In this document: positions 51,060-61,143 of the stretch, piece after piece
Layout of the letters: each line of letters starts with the position of its first letter
How positions within the stretch are numbered: position 1 is the first letter of the stretch
Source of the DNA: an uncultured Chloroflexia bacterium
GTDB lineage: Bacteria > Chloroflexota > Anaerolineae > CG2-30-64-16
Length of the DNA: 64,000 nucleotides
Direction of reading: 5' to 3'
NCBI GenBank assembly: GCA_963810095.1
Contig: CAWEMM010000006.1
Location: 288,001-352,000, forward strand
Program-made: the position numbers and the translations under genes
Notes under the pieces: model-generated
Told to the model about the DNA's origin: nothing
Database searches by the model: none
The model's input: only the letters and a program-made list of their open reading frames with translations

Positions 51060-52819
51060 CTCTGGGCCGGCGCCTTCTCGGCCGTGTGCGCCCCCACCGG
51101 GTGGGGCCCCCGGCGGTCGACCGTGCCGTCCTCGGGGCCGAAGGTTGCCGTTGGGCTCCACCAGAGCGGCACCCGAATGCTGTCGGTCGTCAGCGGCCCC
51201 TTGCCCTGGGCCACCTGCCGCGCCAGTTCGTAACCCGCCTGGGCGTGGCGAATTACGCCGATCCCCGAGTCGACCGTCAGAGCCGCCTCCAGCCGCAGGT
51301 CGGCTTCCTCGCTACCGTCCGCGATCATGGTGACGCCCGTGTGCACCGCCTCGCCCATGGAATAGTTCGCCTGGATGGCGATCAGGTCGCACATCGCGGA
51401 CGCATTGAGCAGCGCGTTGAGGTAGGGCCAGTCCGAGATGAGGTCGCCGCCGTCGAGCATCTTTTCCGACTCGAAGGTCGGGTTGACGATCGAGCCGGAA
51501 TCGAGGTTATCGCGCGAGAAACCGACCGGTCCCTTGACTTCGCCGTCGCGGATGAGCCGGTTGACGGCCAATCCAAACGCCTTTCGCTCGCCGAAGCCAA
51601 GATAGCACACGCGGGCGGGCAGGCCCTCGATAGGGAGAATGCGGCGAGCGAGATTGATCCACTTGACGGTCGTCGCGTCGTGCGGGAACATCTCGAGCAC
51701 CAGGTCGTCGAGCCGTGCCAGGTCCGCGGCCTCGCCCGAGAGGCAAGTCCAGCGGAACGGGCCCCGGCCGACGGTGAAGAGCGGCCGGATGTAGGCGGCG
51801 ACGAATCCGGGGATGCGCATGGCGGTTTCTTCGGGCATACCCGCGTCACGACATTCCTTGCGGATGCTCGTGCCGTATTCGAAGACCTGGACGCCCTGGT
51901 CATGGAAGCCGAGCATGGCGGTCAGCTGTCGCTTCATCGACTCGCGCGCCCGGTCCAGGTAAGCCAGCCGGTCCGTGCGGCGCGCGGCCTCGGCTTCTGC
52001 CACGGAACAACCGGCCGCAATGTAGGAAATCGGATCATGACAGGGGCACATCTCGGTGACGATGTCCGGCTTCCACCCCAACTCGAGCGCCCGGGGGAAG
52101 AGATCGGCCGCGTTCCCGTACAAGCCAATGCTCAGTGCCCGGCCCTCAGCCTTGGCCTTCTCGGCCAGTTCGATGCCCTCTTCCAGCGAGTGCACCTGCA
52201 CATCCAGGAACTTCTTCGCAATGCGCACCGGGATGATGTCGGGGTTTGCATCGACCACCAGGCAGACGCCGCCGTGCATGGTCATCGCCCGCGGCTGGTT
52301 GGCGCCCATGCCGCCGAGCCCCGCAGTGAAGAGCGTGCGCCCCACAAGTGACCCGCCGAAGTGCTGCTCGCCGATCGCGCCCAGCGTCTCGAACGTCCCC
52401 TGGATCACGCCCTGCGTGCCGATGTACTCCCAGGGCGCGGCCGTGTACTGCGCAAACATGGTCAGGTTCTTGTCCTGCAGCTCGTAGAAAACCGGCCAGG
52501 TGGCCTTCATGATGTTCGTGTTCGCCATGACGACCCGGGGCGCCAGGCGGTGGGTCTTGAAGACCGCGACGGGCATGCCGGACTGGATCGCGAGCGTTTC
52601 GTCGTTTTCGAGGTTGAGGAGCGCGTCGACGATGGCGTGATACGACTCCCAGTTGCGCGCACACTTGCCAATGCCGCCGTAGATCACCAGCCGCTCCGGC
52701 TTCTCGGCGTTCTCCATGTTGTTCTCCAACATGCGGAGCAGCGACTCCTGTTTCCAACCCTTGCAGCGGAGCGTGGGGCCGCGCTGCGCCCGAACGGAGT
52801 AAAGGATCTCGTTTTTCAC
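51056..52819 (-). CDS. hutU: urocanate hydratase-like protein (HutU-like, divergent)
   Basis: LVIYGGIGK.ARNW, YIGTQG..QGT.ET, TAGLGGMG, PGFV.AYIRPLF..GRGPFRW, GLPARVC, D.WPYLNALLN. Confidence 0.85.
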   Translation of the reverse strand: MKNEILYSVRAQRGPTLRCKGWKQESLLRMLENNMENAEKPERLVIYGGIGKCARNWESYHAIVDALLNLENDETLAIQSGMPVAVFKTHRLAPRVVMANTNIMKATWPVFYELQDKNLTMFAQYTAAPWEYIGTQGVIQGTFETLGAIGEQHFGGSLVGRTLFTAGLGGMGANQPRAMTMHGGVCLVVDANPDIIPVRIAKKFLDVQVHSLEEGIELAEKAKAEGRALSIGLYGNAADLFPRALELGWKPDIVTEMCPCHDPISYIAAGCSVAEAEAARRTDRLAYLDRARESMKRQLTAMLGFHDQGVQVFEYGTSIRKECRDAGMPEETAMRIPGFVAAYIRPLFTVGRGPFRWTCLSGEAADLARLDDLVLEMFPHDATTVKWINLARRILPIEGLPARVCYLGFGERKAFGLAVNRLIRDGEVKGPVGFSRDNLDSGSIVNPTFESEKMLDGGDLISDWPYLNALLNASAMCDLIAIQANYSMGEAVHTGVTMIADGSEEADLRLEAALTVDSGIGVIRHAQAGYELARQVAQGKGPLTTDSIRVPLWWSPTATFGPEDGTVDRRGPHPVGAHTAEKAPAQS

Positions 52820-52942
52820 GGGTGACTCCTGGTGGGGCTCTTGCCATGGAGGCCACAGACGGCCCTGAGTTACTCAGAGAGCACGAGAATCAGGGCCGAG
52901 GTTGCTCGCCGCGCGCCCGCGGCGCCCTCTGTGGCTGATCTG

Positions 52943-53851
52943 TCAATCGATGAGCGCGAGCTCGATGATCTGTTCCGTTGAGAACTCGTGCACCTGCAGA
53001 TAATAGCGCGCCACCTCTTCCAGCGCGCCGAGCGGAACCGGGCCGACGAGCTCGGTGCCGGCAATGGCAACGCCATAGCGAGCGGCCTCGGCCCGGATAG
53101 TCTCGAGCACGCGCGGAATAGGTGTCTTGGTGTAGTTGATGAGGTTCATCGAGACCTGGACCAGGTCTTTCCCCTCCAGCGCGAGGCCCATCGCCCGCAC
53201 GTACCTGTAGCCCCCGCTGACATGGCGCACTGCCTTGGCAATCCTGTCCGCGATGCTGACGTCGGTCGTGCGGAGGTTAACGTTGAAGGCAATCAGCGGG
53301 AAGCGGGCGCCGGTCACGAGTGCGCCCGACCGGGGGTTGAACGTTGCGGGCCCTTCGTCGGGCGCCCACTCGGGCTGCTGCAGCTTCGCCTCGAGCGCCT
53401 CGTACTCACCCTTGCGGATGTCGGGAAGGCTCTTGCGCTCGGGTCGCGTCGCCGCGTCCTCATAGTAATAGACCGGGACGCCAAGCTGGCCGACGAAGCG
53501 ACCCAACTGCCGGGCGATATCCACCGCCTCGGCCGGCTCCACGCCGCGCACGGGGATGAAGCCCGCGACGTCGACGGCACCCTGCCGGGGATGGCTCCCG
53601 TGATGCTCGCGCATGTCGATGAGCTCGTAGGCTTTCACGACAAGCCGCTGGGTCGCCTCCAGCACGTCCTCGGGCTCGCCCAGGTAAGTGAACACCGAGC
53701 GGTTGTGGTCGGGGTCGCTCGAGTAGTCGATGAGACGCACGCCGGCCACACTCCGCACCGCGTCGGCCACCTGCTCGACCACGTCTGGTTTGCGGCCCTC
53801 GCTGATGTTTGGCTCGCACAGGAGGATCCTCTTCACTTGAGCTCCTTTCAT
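52943..53851 (-). CDS. glutamate formiminotransferase (FTCD N-terminal type)
   Basis: CEPNISEGR, DPDHNRSV, IDMREHHGSHPRQGA.DV, GARFPLIAFNVNL, QVSMNL, ELVGPVP. Confidence 0.92.
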   Translation of the reverse strand: MKGAQVKRILLCEPNISEGRKPDVVEQVADAVRSVAGVRLIDYSSDPDHNRSVFTYLGEPEDVLEATQRLVVKAYELIDMREHHGSHPRQGAVDVAGFIPVRGVEPAEAVDIARQLGRFVGQLGVPVYYYEDAATRPERKSLPDIRKGEYEALEAKLQQPEWAPDEGPATFNPRSGALVTGARFPLIAFNVNLRTTDVSIADRIAKAVRHVSGGYRYVRAMGLALEGKDLVQVSMNLINYTKTPIPRVLETIRAEAARYGVAIAGTELVGPVPLGALEEVARYYLQVHEFSTEQIIELALID

Positions 53852-54065
53852 CGCTGGTCGGGCGCCGCGTCACGAAGATCCCGCACGTGCGCGTTGCGGC
53901 TCACCGCGCTCATTGGAGTGGGCGACCGGCGCTTCACGCCGCTCGGCGAGTCACCGGCCGCGCCACTGCAATGCTGATGGCACTTGCCAGTTCTGTCAAG
54001 GAGGAACGGGTCGACCTGGCCACCCCGAGGGAGCACTCGGTCGCGCTCGCCGGCACCGTTTCCGC

Positions 54066-56071
54066 TTACGGCCGGGGGGCCATCGTCAGCGTGGCAAGCT
54101 GGCCCTGCGCGCCATCCTCCACCACCGCGACCAGCACATCGCCCGGGCGGACGACCGTCTCGCCCCGCGGGATGAAGATACGCCCCCGGCGCCGGATGGA
54201 CGCGATCAGGCAATCGGGCGGCCAGGGAATTTCGCGCATCTCGTGGTCCGCAGCGAGTGCGCCCGGCTGCACGGTAACCTCTACCGTGTGCGCGCCCGAG
54301 TACACACCCAACCGCACCTGCTCCTGCGTGTGCCGGGCAACGGCACGGCGGGTCGCGGCCAGGTCGTAGGCCCGGATAATGTCAGCCCGGCTCAGAATCC
54401 CCAGCAATTCGGCCGGATCGCCGCGGTTCACGACAGGGAGCCGGCCCACATCCCGGACGCTCATCCGCCGCAACGCCGCACCGATGGACTCATCTGCAAA
54501 GGCTGTCAGCAACTCACGCGTGCAGATCGCGGCCACGTGCGTGTCAAGCCCTGCGCCGCGCTCGTGGGCGCGCTGCAGGTCGCTCAGCGTCACGACGCCA
54601 ACCAGGCGGCCGCCGGTGTCGACCACGGGCATTCCGTGATGGTGCGTCAGTGCGAAGGCATGGTCCGCCTCCGCCAGTGTGGCAGATTCGACCAGGGTGT
54701 GCGCGACGGGCGACATGGCCTCGCGAACTGTCAGCGAATCCAACACGTCCACATCGCGACCGCGCTGCAGGCGAATGCCGTGCCGCGCCAACCCGACCAT
54801 GTAGACCGAGTCCGGACTGATGCGCCTCGAGATTGCAAGGCTGACTGCCACTGCGAAAAGCAAGGGTAGGATGATGCGGTAGTCATGGGTCATCTCGAAC
54901 AACAGGAGGACCGCAGTCAGCGGTGCGTGCACTGCGCCGGCCAAGACCGAAGCCATTCCCACCATGGCGAACGCGGGCGCCTGGATGCCGAGCCCCGGAA
55001 AGATGAATGCCGCGCCCCGCCGAAGACATAGCCAAGGGTGGCGCCGATGAACAAGGCCGGCGCGAACACGCCGCCGGGAAACCCCCCGCCGATGCTGACC
55101 GGCGTCAGGATCAGCTTGGCAAGCAGCAAGGCAAAGACGGTGGTTACCGCGATACCCCCGCCGCCGTTGAGCAGTCCGCCGATTACATCATAGCCAACGC
55201 CCAGCACGCCGGGCAGGAAGATGCCGACGATGCCGACGATGAGGCCGGCGATCGCGGGCTTGACCCAGACCGGGGTATGCACGCGCTCGCGAAACACGTC
55301 GCCCGAGAAGTAGAGCAGCTTCACATATAGTGCGGCGACGGGCCCGGCCACCAGGCCGAGCACGAGGTAAAGGGGCAGCTCCAGCACCGATTGAAAGGGA
55401 TAGGGCGGGACGGCAAAGGCGGGCTCGGGCCCCGACACCGCCTGTGTCAGAACGGCCGACGCGACGGCGGCGAGTGTGATAATGCCGAACGCGGCGCTAC
55501 TGATCTCGCCCAGTATGACCTCGAGGGCGAAGAAGAGGCCGGCAATGGGAGCATTGAATGCAGCTGCGATGCCTGCTGCTGCACCCGCGGCGACGAGCGC
55601 ACGCACTCGCTCGTCGGACAGGTGCAGCAACTGGCCAAACATGGAACCGAGGCTCGAGCCGACCTGTACCGAGGGGTCTTCCGGACCGACCGAGGCGCCG
55701 GTCCCGATTGCGAGGGCCGCGCCGGCAACCTTGTAGGGCGTGCGGGTATAGCGCAGCCGGCCTCCGGCCAACGCGGTGACCTCGATGATGCCGGCTACGC
55801 CGTGGTGACGCTCGTGGCCCACAAAGCGGTGCATCAGGAGCCCGACAAGAAGGCCCCCGAAGGCGGGGATGAGGGCCAGCGCCCATGGACCGATATGACT
55901 GAGCGCCGCGCCAATCTCCTGGTACGCCGCCGTGTAGACAAGCTCGATCAGCCGCTTGAAGAGCCAGACGCCGCCCGCGGCCAGCAACCCGACCAAGACC
56001 GCCGCACCACCGAACACCGCGGACTCGGGTGGCTGGTGCACGTCGAGCCAACGCCGAACTGCGCCCCACAT
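54066..56071 (-). CDS. ClC chloride channel/antiporter with CBS pair and TrkA-C domain, one frameshift near 55000
   Basis: GASVGPEDP, GAAAGIAAAFNAPIAG..F.LE, GGVFAP, APLTAVLLLFEMT.DY, CBS, IPRGET...PGD. Confidence 0.9.
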
Positions 56072-56171
56072 CCCAAACCCCCACACGGGGTCATGTTACT
56101 GCCGGTGGCCCATTTGTGCAGTAAGGGGCAAAACAAAAGGGCCGGTTCCACCTTGGCATGCCGCCGCCGCT

Positions 56172-56609
56172 TTATTGCGGCGTGCCCGCCCAGGGGATGC
56201 AGAGCCGCTGGCCGACATAGATCCGGTTGTAGTTCTTGATCCCGTTGTTCCACGCCAGCCGCCATACCGTCACGCCGTAACGGCTGGCGATCTTAGCCAG
56301 GGTGTCGCCCGCCCGCACCGTGTACTTCGTGCGGCACGTCTGCCCAGGCGGGAACGTGGGAGGAACCGTCTCGGTGGGAATCCAGAGGTAGGTGCCCGCC
56401 CAGATCCGGTTGATGCTCGCCAGCCCGTTAACGGCAGCCAGGCCGTCCACCGTCACGCCAAACTTGTGTGCGATAGAAGCCAGCGTATCGCCGGGCTTCA
56501 CCAGGTACCAGAAACCGCCGCCTTGTGGCGACGCCGCAGACGCGGCCGCCGGCAGAGCCAGCGCGAAGACGACGACGAACACGGTTGCCACCAGAAGCTT
56601 GCGCCGCAT
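56172..56609 (-). CDS. secreted protein with two LysM domains
   Basis: signal peptide; YLVKPGDTLASIA, YTVRAGDTLAKIA. Confidence 0.92.
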   Translation of the reverse strand: MRRKLLVATVFVVVFALALPAAASAASPQGGGFWYLVKPGDTLASIAHKFGVTVDGLAAVNGLASINRIWAGTYLWIPTETVPPTFPPGQTCRTKYTVRAGDTLAKIASRYGVTVWRLAWNNGIKNYNRIYVGQRLCIPWAGTPQ

Positions 56610-56726
56610 GTGAGCCTCCTTGTGAGCGGACGTCCAAACTACACCATACACCCATTTTCGCGTATAATCAACGGGCTTTCTCGGCGCCTGAGAGTGTCTA
56701 TCATCAGCCCATCACGAGGTCTACGC

Positions 56727-57194
56727 ATGAGCGACGAACCCACCTTCGACATCGAAGCCGCGCACCGCTACTTCTCCACAGAGTGCTTCAATCGCGCCTG
56801 GGATCTGATCGACCAGGAAGAGCGAACGCCTGCCGAAGAAGATGAGATGCTCAACCTGAGCCTTGCCTCGCTGTGGCACTGGACGCAACGGCCTGACTGC
56901 AGCGACAAGGAGCTGTCACTCGGCTACTGGCAAGTTTCGCGCATCTACGCCATTACCGGCCGGCCGGAAAATGCCGTCTGGTACGCGGAACGCTGCCTGG
57001 AGGTTACCGAGGGCGCGGAGCTGCCGCCGTTCTACCTGGGCTATGCCTACGAGGCACTGGCCCGCGCGGCGATGGCGGGGCGGAACAAGCGGCAGGCGAT
57101 GGAGTATATCGTCCAGGCCCGGGCGCTGGCCGAGCAGGAAACGAGCGAAGAGGACAAGCAGCTGCTTCTCGACGAACTCGCGACAATCCTCTAG
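56727..57194 (+). CDS. conserved hypothetical helical (TPR-like) protein
   Basis: HRYFS..CFNRAWDLI, ASLWHW, YWQVSRIYA, YAYEALARA; GAGG RBS. Confidence 0.75.
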   Translation: MSDEPTFDIEAAHRYFSTECFNRAWDLIDQEERTPAEEDEMLNLSLASLWHWTQRPDCSDKELSLGYWQVSRIYAITGRPENAVWYAERCLEVTEGAELPPFYLGYAYEALARAAMAGRNKRQAMEYIVQARALAEQETSEEDKQLLLDELATIL

Positions 57195-57301
57195 CCCCTA
57201 AAGAAACGCCGACCGGTTGCCGGCCGGCGTCGGTATCCTGACCCTTCTCTGCTCGTGCCACTCGGCGAGGTGCACTCAACCCCCGAAGGAGCGTGCTGGT
57301 C

Positions 57302-58612
57302 ATGCGTTCAGTGAACAACCCGATGTCCGGCGGTGAGCCGCGCCGGCCGGACCTATCCGGTCTGGCAGCATTCATGGCTCTTCTCTCCGTTACGTTCGGC
57401 GCGCTCCATTTCGTCCGCCTGCGCTCGCCGGGCGGAACGAAGTTCCTCGTCCCGCGTGTGATGGCCGGCGCACTTTCGCCCGTGTGGGCCGCGTTCGGGC
57501 TCCTCGCCGCGCTGTCTGCGCTCTGGGCCCGGCGGCCCTGGATCGCGATCTCCGGCCTGGCCGGCGCACTGGCCTCGCTTTCCTACATTCGCCGCATTGC
57601 CGCGGTGACACCCCCTGCGCCCGAGCCATACGCGCTGCTCCCGCGAAATGCGCCGCAGGTGACGCGTGACCTGGTGTTCCACATCACGACCCAACCGGAC
57701 AGCTGCGGGCGCGGGCCTCGGCCGCTGTACTGCGACCTCTGGCAGCCGGCGCCCGGCGGCGCGCGGTCGCGGATTGGGGTCGTCTACCTCCACGGCAGCG
57801 CGTGGTATCTGGGCGACAAAGCCCAAATGACCGACCCGATGCTCGGGCTCTGGAGCAGCCAGGGGCACGTGGTCATGGACGTTGCCTATCGCATGTGCCC
57901 CGAGACCGACCTCCGGGGCATGGTTGCAGACGCGTGGACCGCGGTGGCGTGGCTGAAGGATCGCTCGGGGGAATATGGGATCGACCCGGACAAGGTCGTC
58001 ATCTCGGGCACGTCGGCGGGTGGGCACATCGCGCTGCTCGCGGCCTACACCGCAGAAGAGGCGGCGCACGTCGCACCGGAATTGGCGGGACGCGATGTGT
58101 CCGTTGCGGGCGTATTCACGATGAGTGCGCCCGTCGATATGACCTCGATGCTGGCGTATCATCCGGACATGGGAGCGAGCGCGCACCCGCAGCCGGGCAC
58201 CGGCTATGATCCGCTCACCGACCTCGACCCGGTGGTCCCGCCTCAGCCCGGCGCCCCCCGGCGCGCACGGATGCGCTGGCAGCGTGCGCAGGCGCGCCGG
58301 CTCTCAGGGCTCGTCCGCGACCTGCTGGGCGGCGGGCCGGACGAGGCACCCGAAATGTTCGAGTTTGCCACGGTGAAGACACACGTGCGCGCCGGCCTCC
58401 CCGCCACGCTGCTCATCCAGGGCGACCAGGATGTACTTGTGCCCGTTGAGCCGACGCGCGAGCTGTACTGGCAGTTGCAAACTAACGGCGTGCGGGCGGC
58501 CTATCTCGAGCTGCCGCAAACCGACCACGCCTTCGAGATCGCCGCGCCGCAGATCTCGCCGCCCGCACGGGCAGCCGGTATCGCGATCCAGCGGTTTTTG
58601 GCCGAACTGTAG
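57302..58612 (+). CDS. membrane-anchored alpha/beta hydrolase (esterase)
   Basis: N-terminal TMs; LHGSAW, GTSAGGH, QGDQD.LVP, HAFE. Confidence 0.88.
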   Translation: MRSVNNPMSGGEPRRPDLSGLAAFMALLSVTFGALHFVRLRSPGGTKFLVPRVMAGALSPVWAAFGLLAALSALWARRPWIAISGLAGALASLSYIRRIAAVTPPAPEPYALLPRNAPQVTRDLVFHITTQPDSCGRGPRPLYCDLWQPAPGGARSRIGVVYLHGSAWYLGDKAQMTDPMLGLWSSQGHVVMDVAYRMCPETDLRGMVADAWTAVAWLKDRSGEYGIDPDKVVISGTSAGGHIALLAAYTAEEAAHVAPELAGRDVSVAGVFTMSAPVDMTSMLAYHPDMGASAHPQPGTGYDPLTDLDPVVPPQPGAPRRARMRWQRAQARRLSGLVRDLLGGGPDEAPEMFEFATVKTHVRAGLPATLLIQGDQDVLVPVEPTRELYWQLQTNGVRAAYLELPQTDHAFEIAAPQISPPARAAGIAIQRFLAEL

Positions 58613-58638
58613 CCCGGCGCCAAAGTCGGCGGAGACAC

Positions 58639-58681
58639 AAAAAAGGCGGCGAAGACACCCAAGAGGGTCTTCGCCGCCTTT
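58639..58681 (-). terminator. intrinsic terminator after rhlE (likely bidirectional)
   Basis: AAGGCGGCGAAGAC/GTCTTCGCCGCCTT hairpin with an A6 tract on the + strand. Confidence 0.85.
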
Positions 58682-58693
58682 CTGATCCTCAGA

Positions 58694-60082
58694 TCAGTTG
58701 TTGTTGCTCGGAGAGCCCGCCCTGTTCGGGGAGCCCGCCGGCCGCCTGACTGGCCCGTGCGCCGGTTGCGTCCGCGGCGCCGGCTGGTTGCGCGTGCCGC
58801 CGCCCAAAGGGGCATGAGGCTGCACCGGCTGGCGTGGGCCAGGCGTAGAGACAGGTGCAGCGGCGCCCTGGGCAGGCGCTCGCTTCGGCTGCGACCGCGG
58901 CTGTCGGGGTCCCCGCGCAAACTCGTCGCCGCTCGGCTTCTGCGCAGAATAGTCGAACCCCTTCAGCGTCCGGCGCTCGAGCCGCTGGCCCAACAATCTC
59001 TCGACCGCTCGCACGTCGGGTTCGTCCTCGATCGTAACCATGGTGTAGGCCTCGCCGGTCCGCTCGGCCCGGCCCGTCCGGCCGATGCGGTGCGTGTACG
59101 CCTCCGGCGTGTCCGGCATGTCATAGTTGATCACATGAGAAATGCTCAGCACGTCGATCCCGCGCGCGGCGATGTCGGTGGCGACCATGATCTGGTGTTC
59201 GCCCGAGCGGAACCCGTCGAGCGCAGCCTGGCGGCGGTTCTGCGACAGGTTGCCCTGCAGCGACGTCGCGCTGAACCCGGCGGCAGCCAATTGTTCGGCC
59301 ACCCGCTTGGCCCGGTGCTTGGTCTTGGTGAAGATGAGCACTGAGCCGTCGCCGAGCGTCGGCAGCAGCGCCTTCAGAAACGCGGTCTTGAGATGCTGCG
59401 GCACCGGGTAGAGCGCGTGCGAGACCGTCTCGGCCGGCGCGGGCTGACCGATCTGCACCGTCACGGGGTTTTTCAGAACGTCGCCGGCCAGCTTACGAAT
59501 GTCGTCGGGCATGGTGGCCGAAAACAGGAGCGTCTGGCGTTCTTGGGGCACAGCGCGCACGATGCGGCGCACGTCGGGCAGGAAGCCCATGTCAAACATG
59601 CGATCCGCCTCGTCGAGCACGAGCACCTCGATGCCGCTCAAATCCGCCGTTCCCTGGCCCACATGGTCCAGCAGGCGGCCCGGGCAGGCGACGACCACGT
59701 CGACCCCGTGCTCCAACGCCTGGACCTGGCCCGTCATGCCCACGCCGCCGTAGACCGCAACGCTGCGTACGCCGGCCCGTTTGCCAAGCGCGATGAATGA
59801 CTGGTGGATCTGCTCCGCCAGTTCGCGGGTTGGTGCGACGACGAGCACCCGCGGGCGCCGCGCGCGCGGTCCTTGCGCAGCGCGCGAACGCTCGAGGCGC
59901 TGCAGAATCGGCAATGCGAAGGCGGCGGTTTTGCCGGTGCCCGTCTGGGCCAGGCCCATGACGTCGCGGCCGGCCAGCACGTGAGGGATTGCCTGTTGCT
60001 GAATCGGAGTCGGCTCTTGATAGCCGAGCGCGTCGATGCCCGCCGCAATGCGCGGGCTGAAGTTAAAACCTGAAAATGTCAC
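58694..60082 (-). CDS. rhlE: DEAD-box RNA helicase (RhlE-like)
   Basis: Q motif PTPIQ, AQTGTGKT, PTRELA, DEAD, SAT, ARGID, HRIGRTGR. Confidence 0.93.
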   Translation of the reverse strand: MTFSGFNFSPRIAAGIDALGYQEPTPIQQQAIPHVLAGRDVMGLAQTGTGKTAAFALPILQRLERSRAAQGPRARRPRVLVVAPTRELAEQIHQSFIALGKRAGVRSVAVYGGVGMTGQVQALEHGVDVVVACPGRLLDHVGQGTADLSGIEVLVLDEADRMFDMGFLPDVRRIVRAVPQERQTLLFSATMPDDIRKLAGDVLKNPVTVQIGQPAPAETVSHALYPVPQHLKTAFLKALLPTLGDGSVLIFTKTKHRAKRVAEQLAAAGFSATSLQGNLSQNRRQAALDGFRSGEHQIMVATDIAARGIDVLSISHVINYDMPDTPEAYTHRIGRTGRAERTGEAYTMVTIEDEPDVRAVERLLGQRLERRTLKGFDYSAQKPSGDEFARGPRQPRSQPKRAPAQGAAAPVSTPGPRQPVQPHAPLGGGTRNQPAPRTQPAHGPVRRPAGSPNRAGSPSNNN

Positions 60083-60376
60083 TGAGAGTCCTTCCCTGGC
60101 ATGTCTGAGCCAAGTCGCACTCTCAGCCCATCCTTTACACTTTTTGCGATTTCGTCTTGCTCCGGCGTTGGCTTTTCGGCAGTTCTGCCTCCAACCACAA
60201 GAGAAATGACGTCACCACTTCTTAAGATGGAATTATTATAACCTAGATTAGCAGAAATAGCTAATCCAGCCCTGTCTTTTCCAACTACTTCACAAAGTGG
60301 TATACTGGTTGCGGATCGCACCGCCCCACCCATCGGCCTACCAACCACCTGTGCAGCAAGGAGCCACCGTCCGATC

Positions 60377-61135
60377 ATGCAAGATCCAATTCTCGAGCAA
60401 GTTGTCGCGCTCTCCAATGAACTCGGCCGGCCCGAATTCGACTACGTCATCCTGGGTGAGGGCAACACCTCAGCCCGCGCCGACGATACGACCTTTTATG
60501 TCAAAGGTTCGGGCACCCAGCTCCGAACCATTACCGGCGCCGGATTTGCCCACGTCGCATTCAAGCCGGTGCTGGCGCTGGTCGAACGGCAGGGCTTGAC
60601 GGATGCCGACGTGAAGACCGCGCTCGCCGCGGCGAAGGTGGACCCGGCCCAGGGGCCGCACCCATCCGTCGAGACGCTGCTGCACACGCTGTGCCTCCAG
60701 CTCCCCGGCATCAACTTCATCGGCCACACCCACGCAACTGCGGTCAACATGCTGACCTGCTCCGTCGGGTTCGAGCAAGCGTTCGCCGGACGCCTCTTCC
60801 CGGATGAGATCGTCTTGTGCGGCCCGGCCCCGGTCCTGGTGCCCTACACCGACCCCGGCGTGCCCCTTGCCCTCGAAGTATGGCGGCGCATCGAAGCGTA
60901 TCTGGCGAAGTATGGCGAACAGCCGAGGATGATCCTGATGCAGAACCACGGGCTGATCGTCCTGGGCCGCACGCCCCAGCAGGTGCTCGACGTCACCGCG
61001 ATGGCCGTCAAGACCGCCCGGGTGCTCCTCGGCACGTTCGCGGCCGGCGGCCCACGTTTCCTTTCCGACGCGGACGTCAACCGGATCCACACCCGTCCGG
61101 ACGAGCTCTATCGCCGGCAGCAGTTGAAAGTGTAG
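60377..61135 (+). CDS. class II aldolase/adducin family protein
   Basis: GEGNTSAR, VKGSG, PSVETLLH, HTH, QNHG. Confidence 0.88.
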   Translation: MQDPILEQVVALSNELGRPEFDYVILGEGNTSARADDTTFYVKGSGTQLRTITGAGFAHVAFKPVLALVERQGLTDADVKTALAAAKVDPAQGPHPSVETLLHTLCLQLPGINFIGHTHATAVNMLTCSVGFEQAFAGRLFPDEIVLCGPAPVLVPYTDPGVPLALEVWRRIEAYLAKYGEQPRMILMQNHGLIVLGRTPQQVLDVTAMAVKTARVLLGTFAAGGPRFLSDADVNRIHTRPDELYRRQQLKV

Positions 61136-61143
61136 GAGAGACC

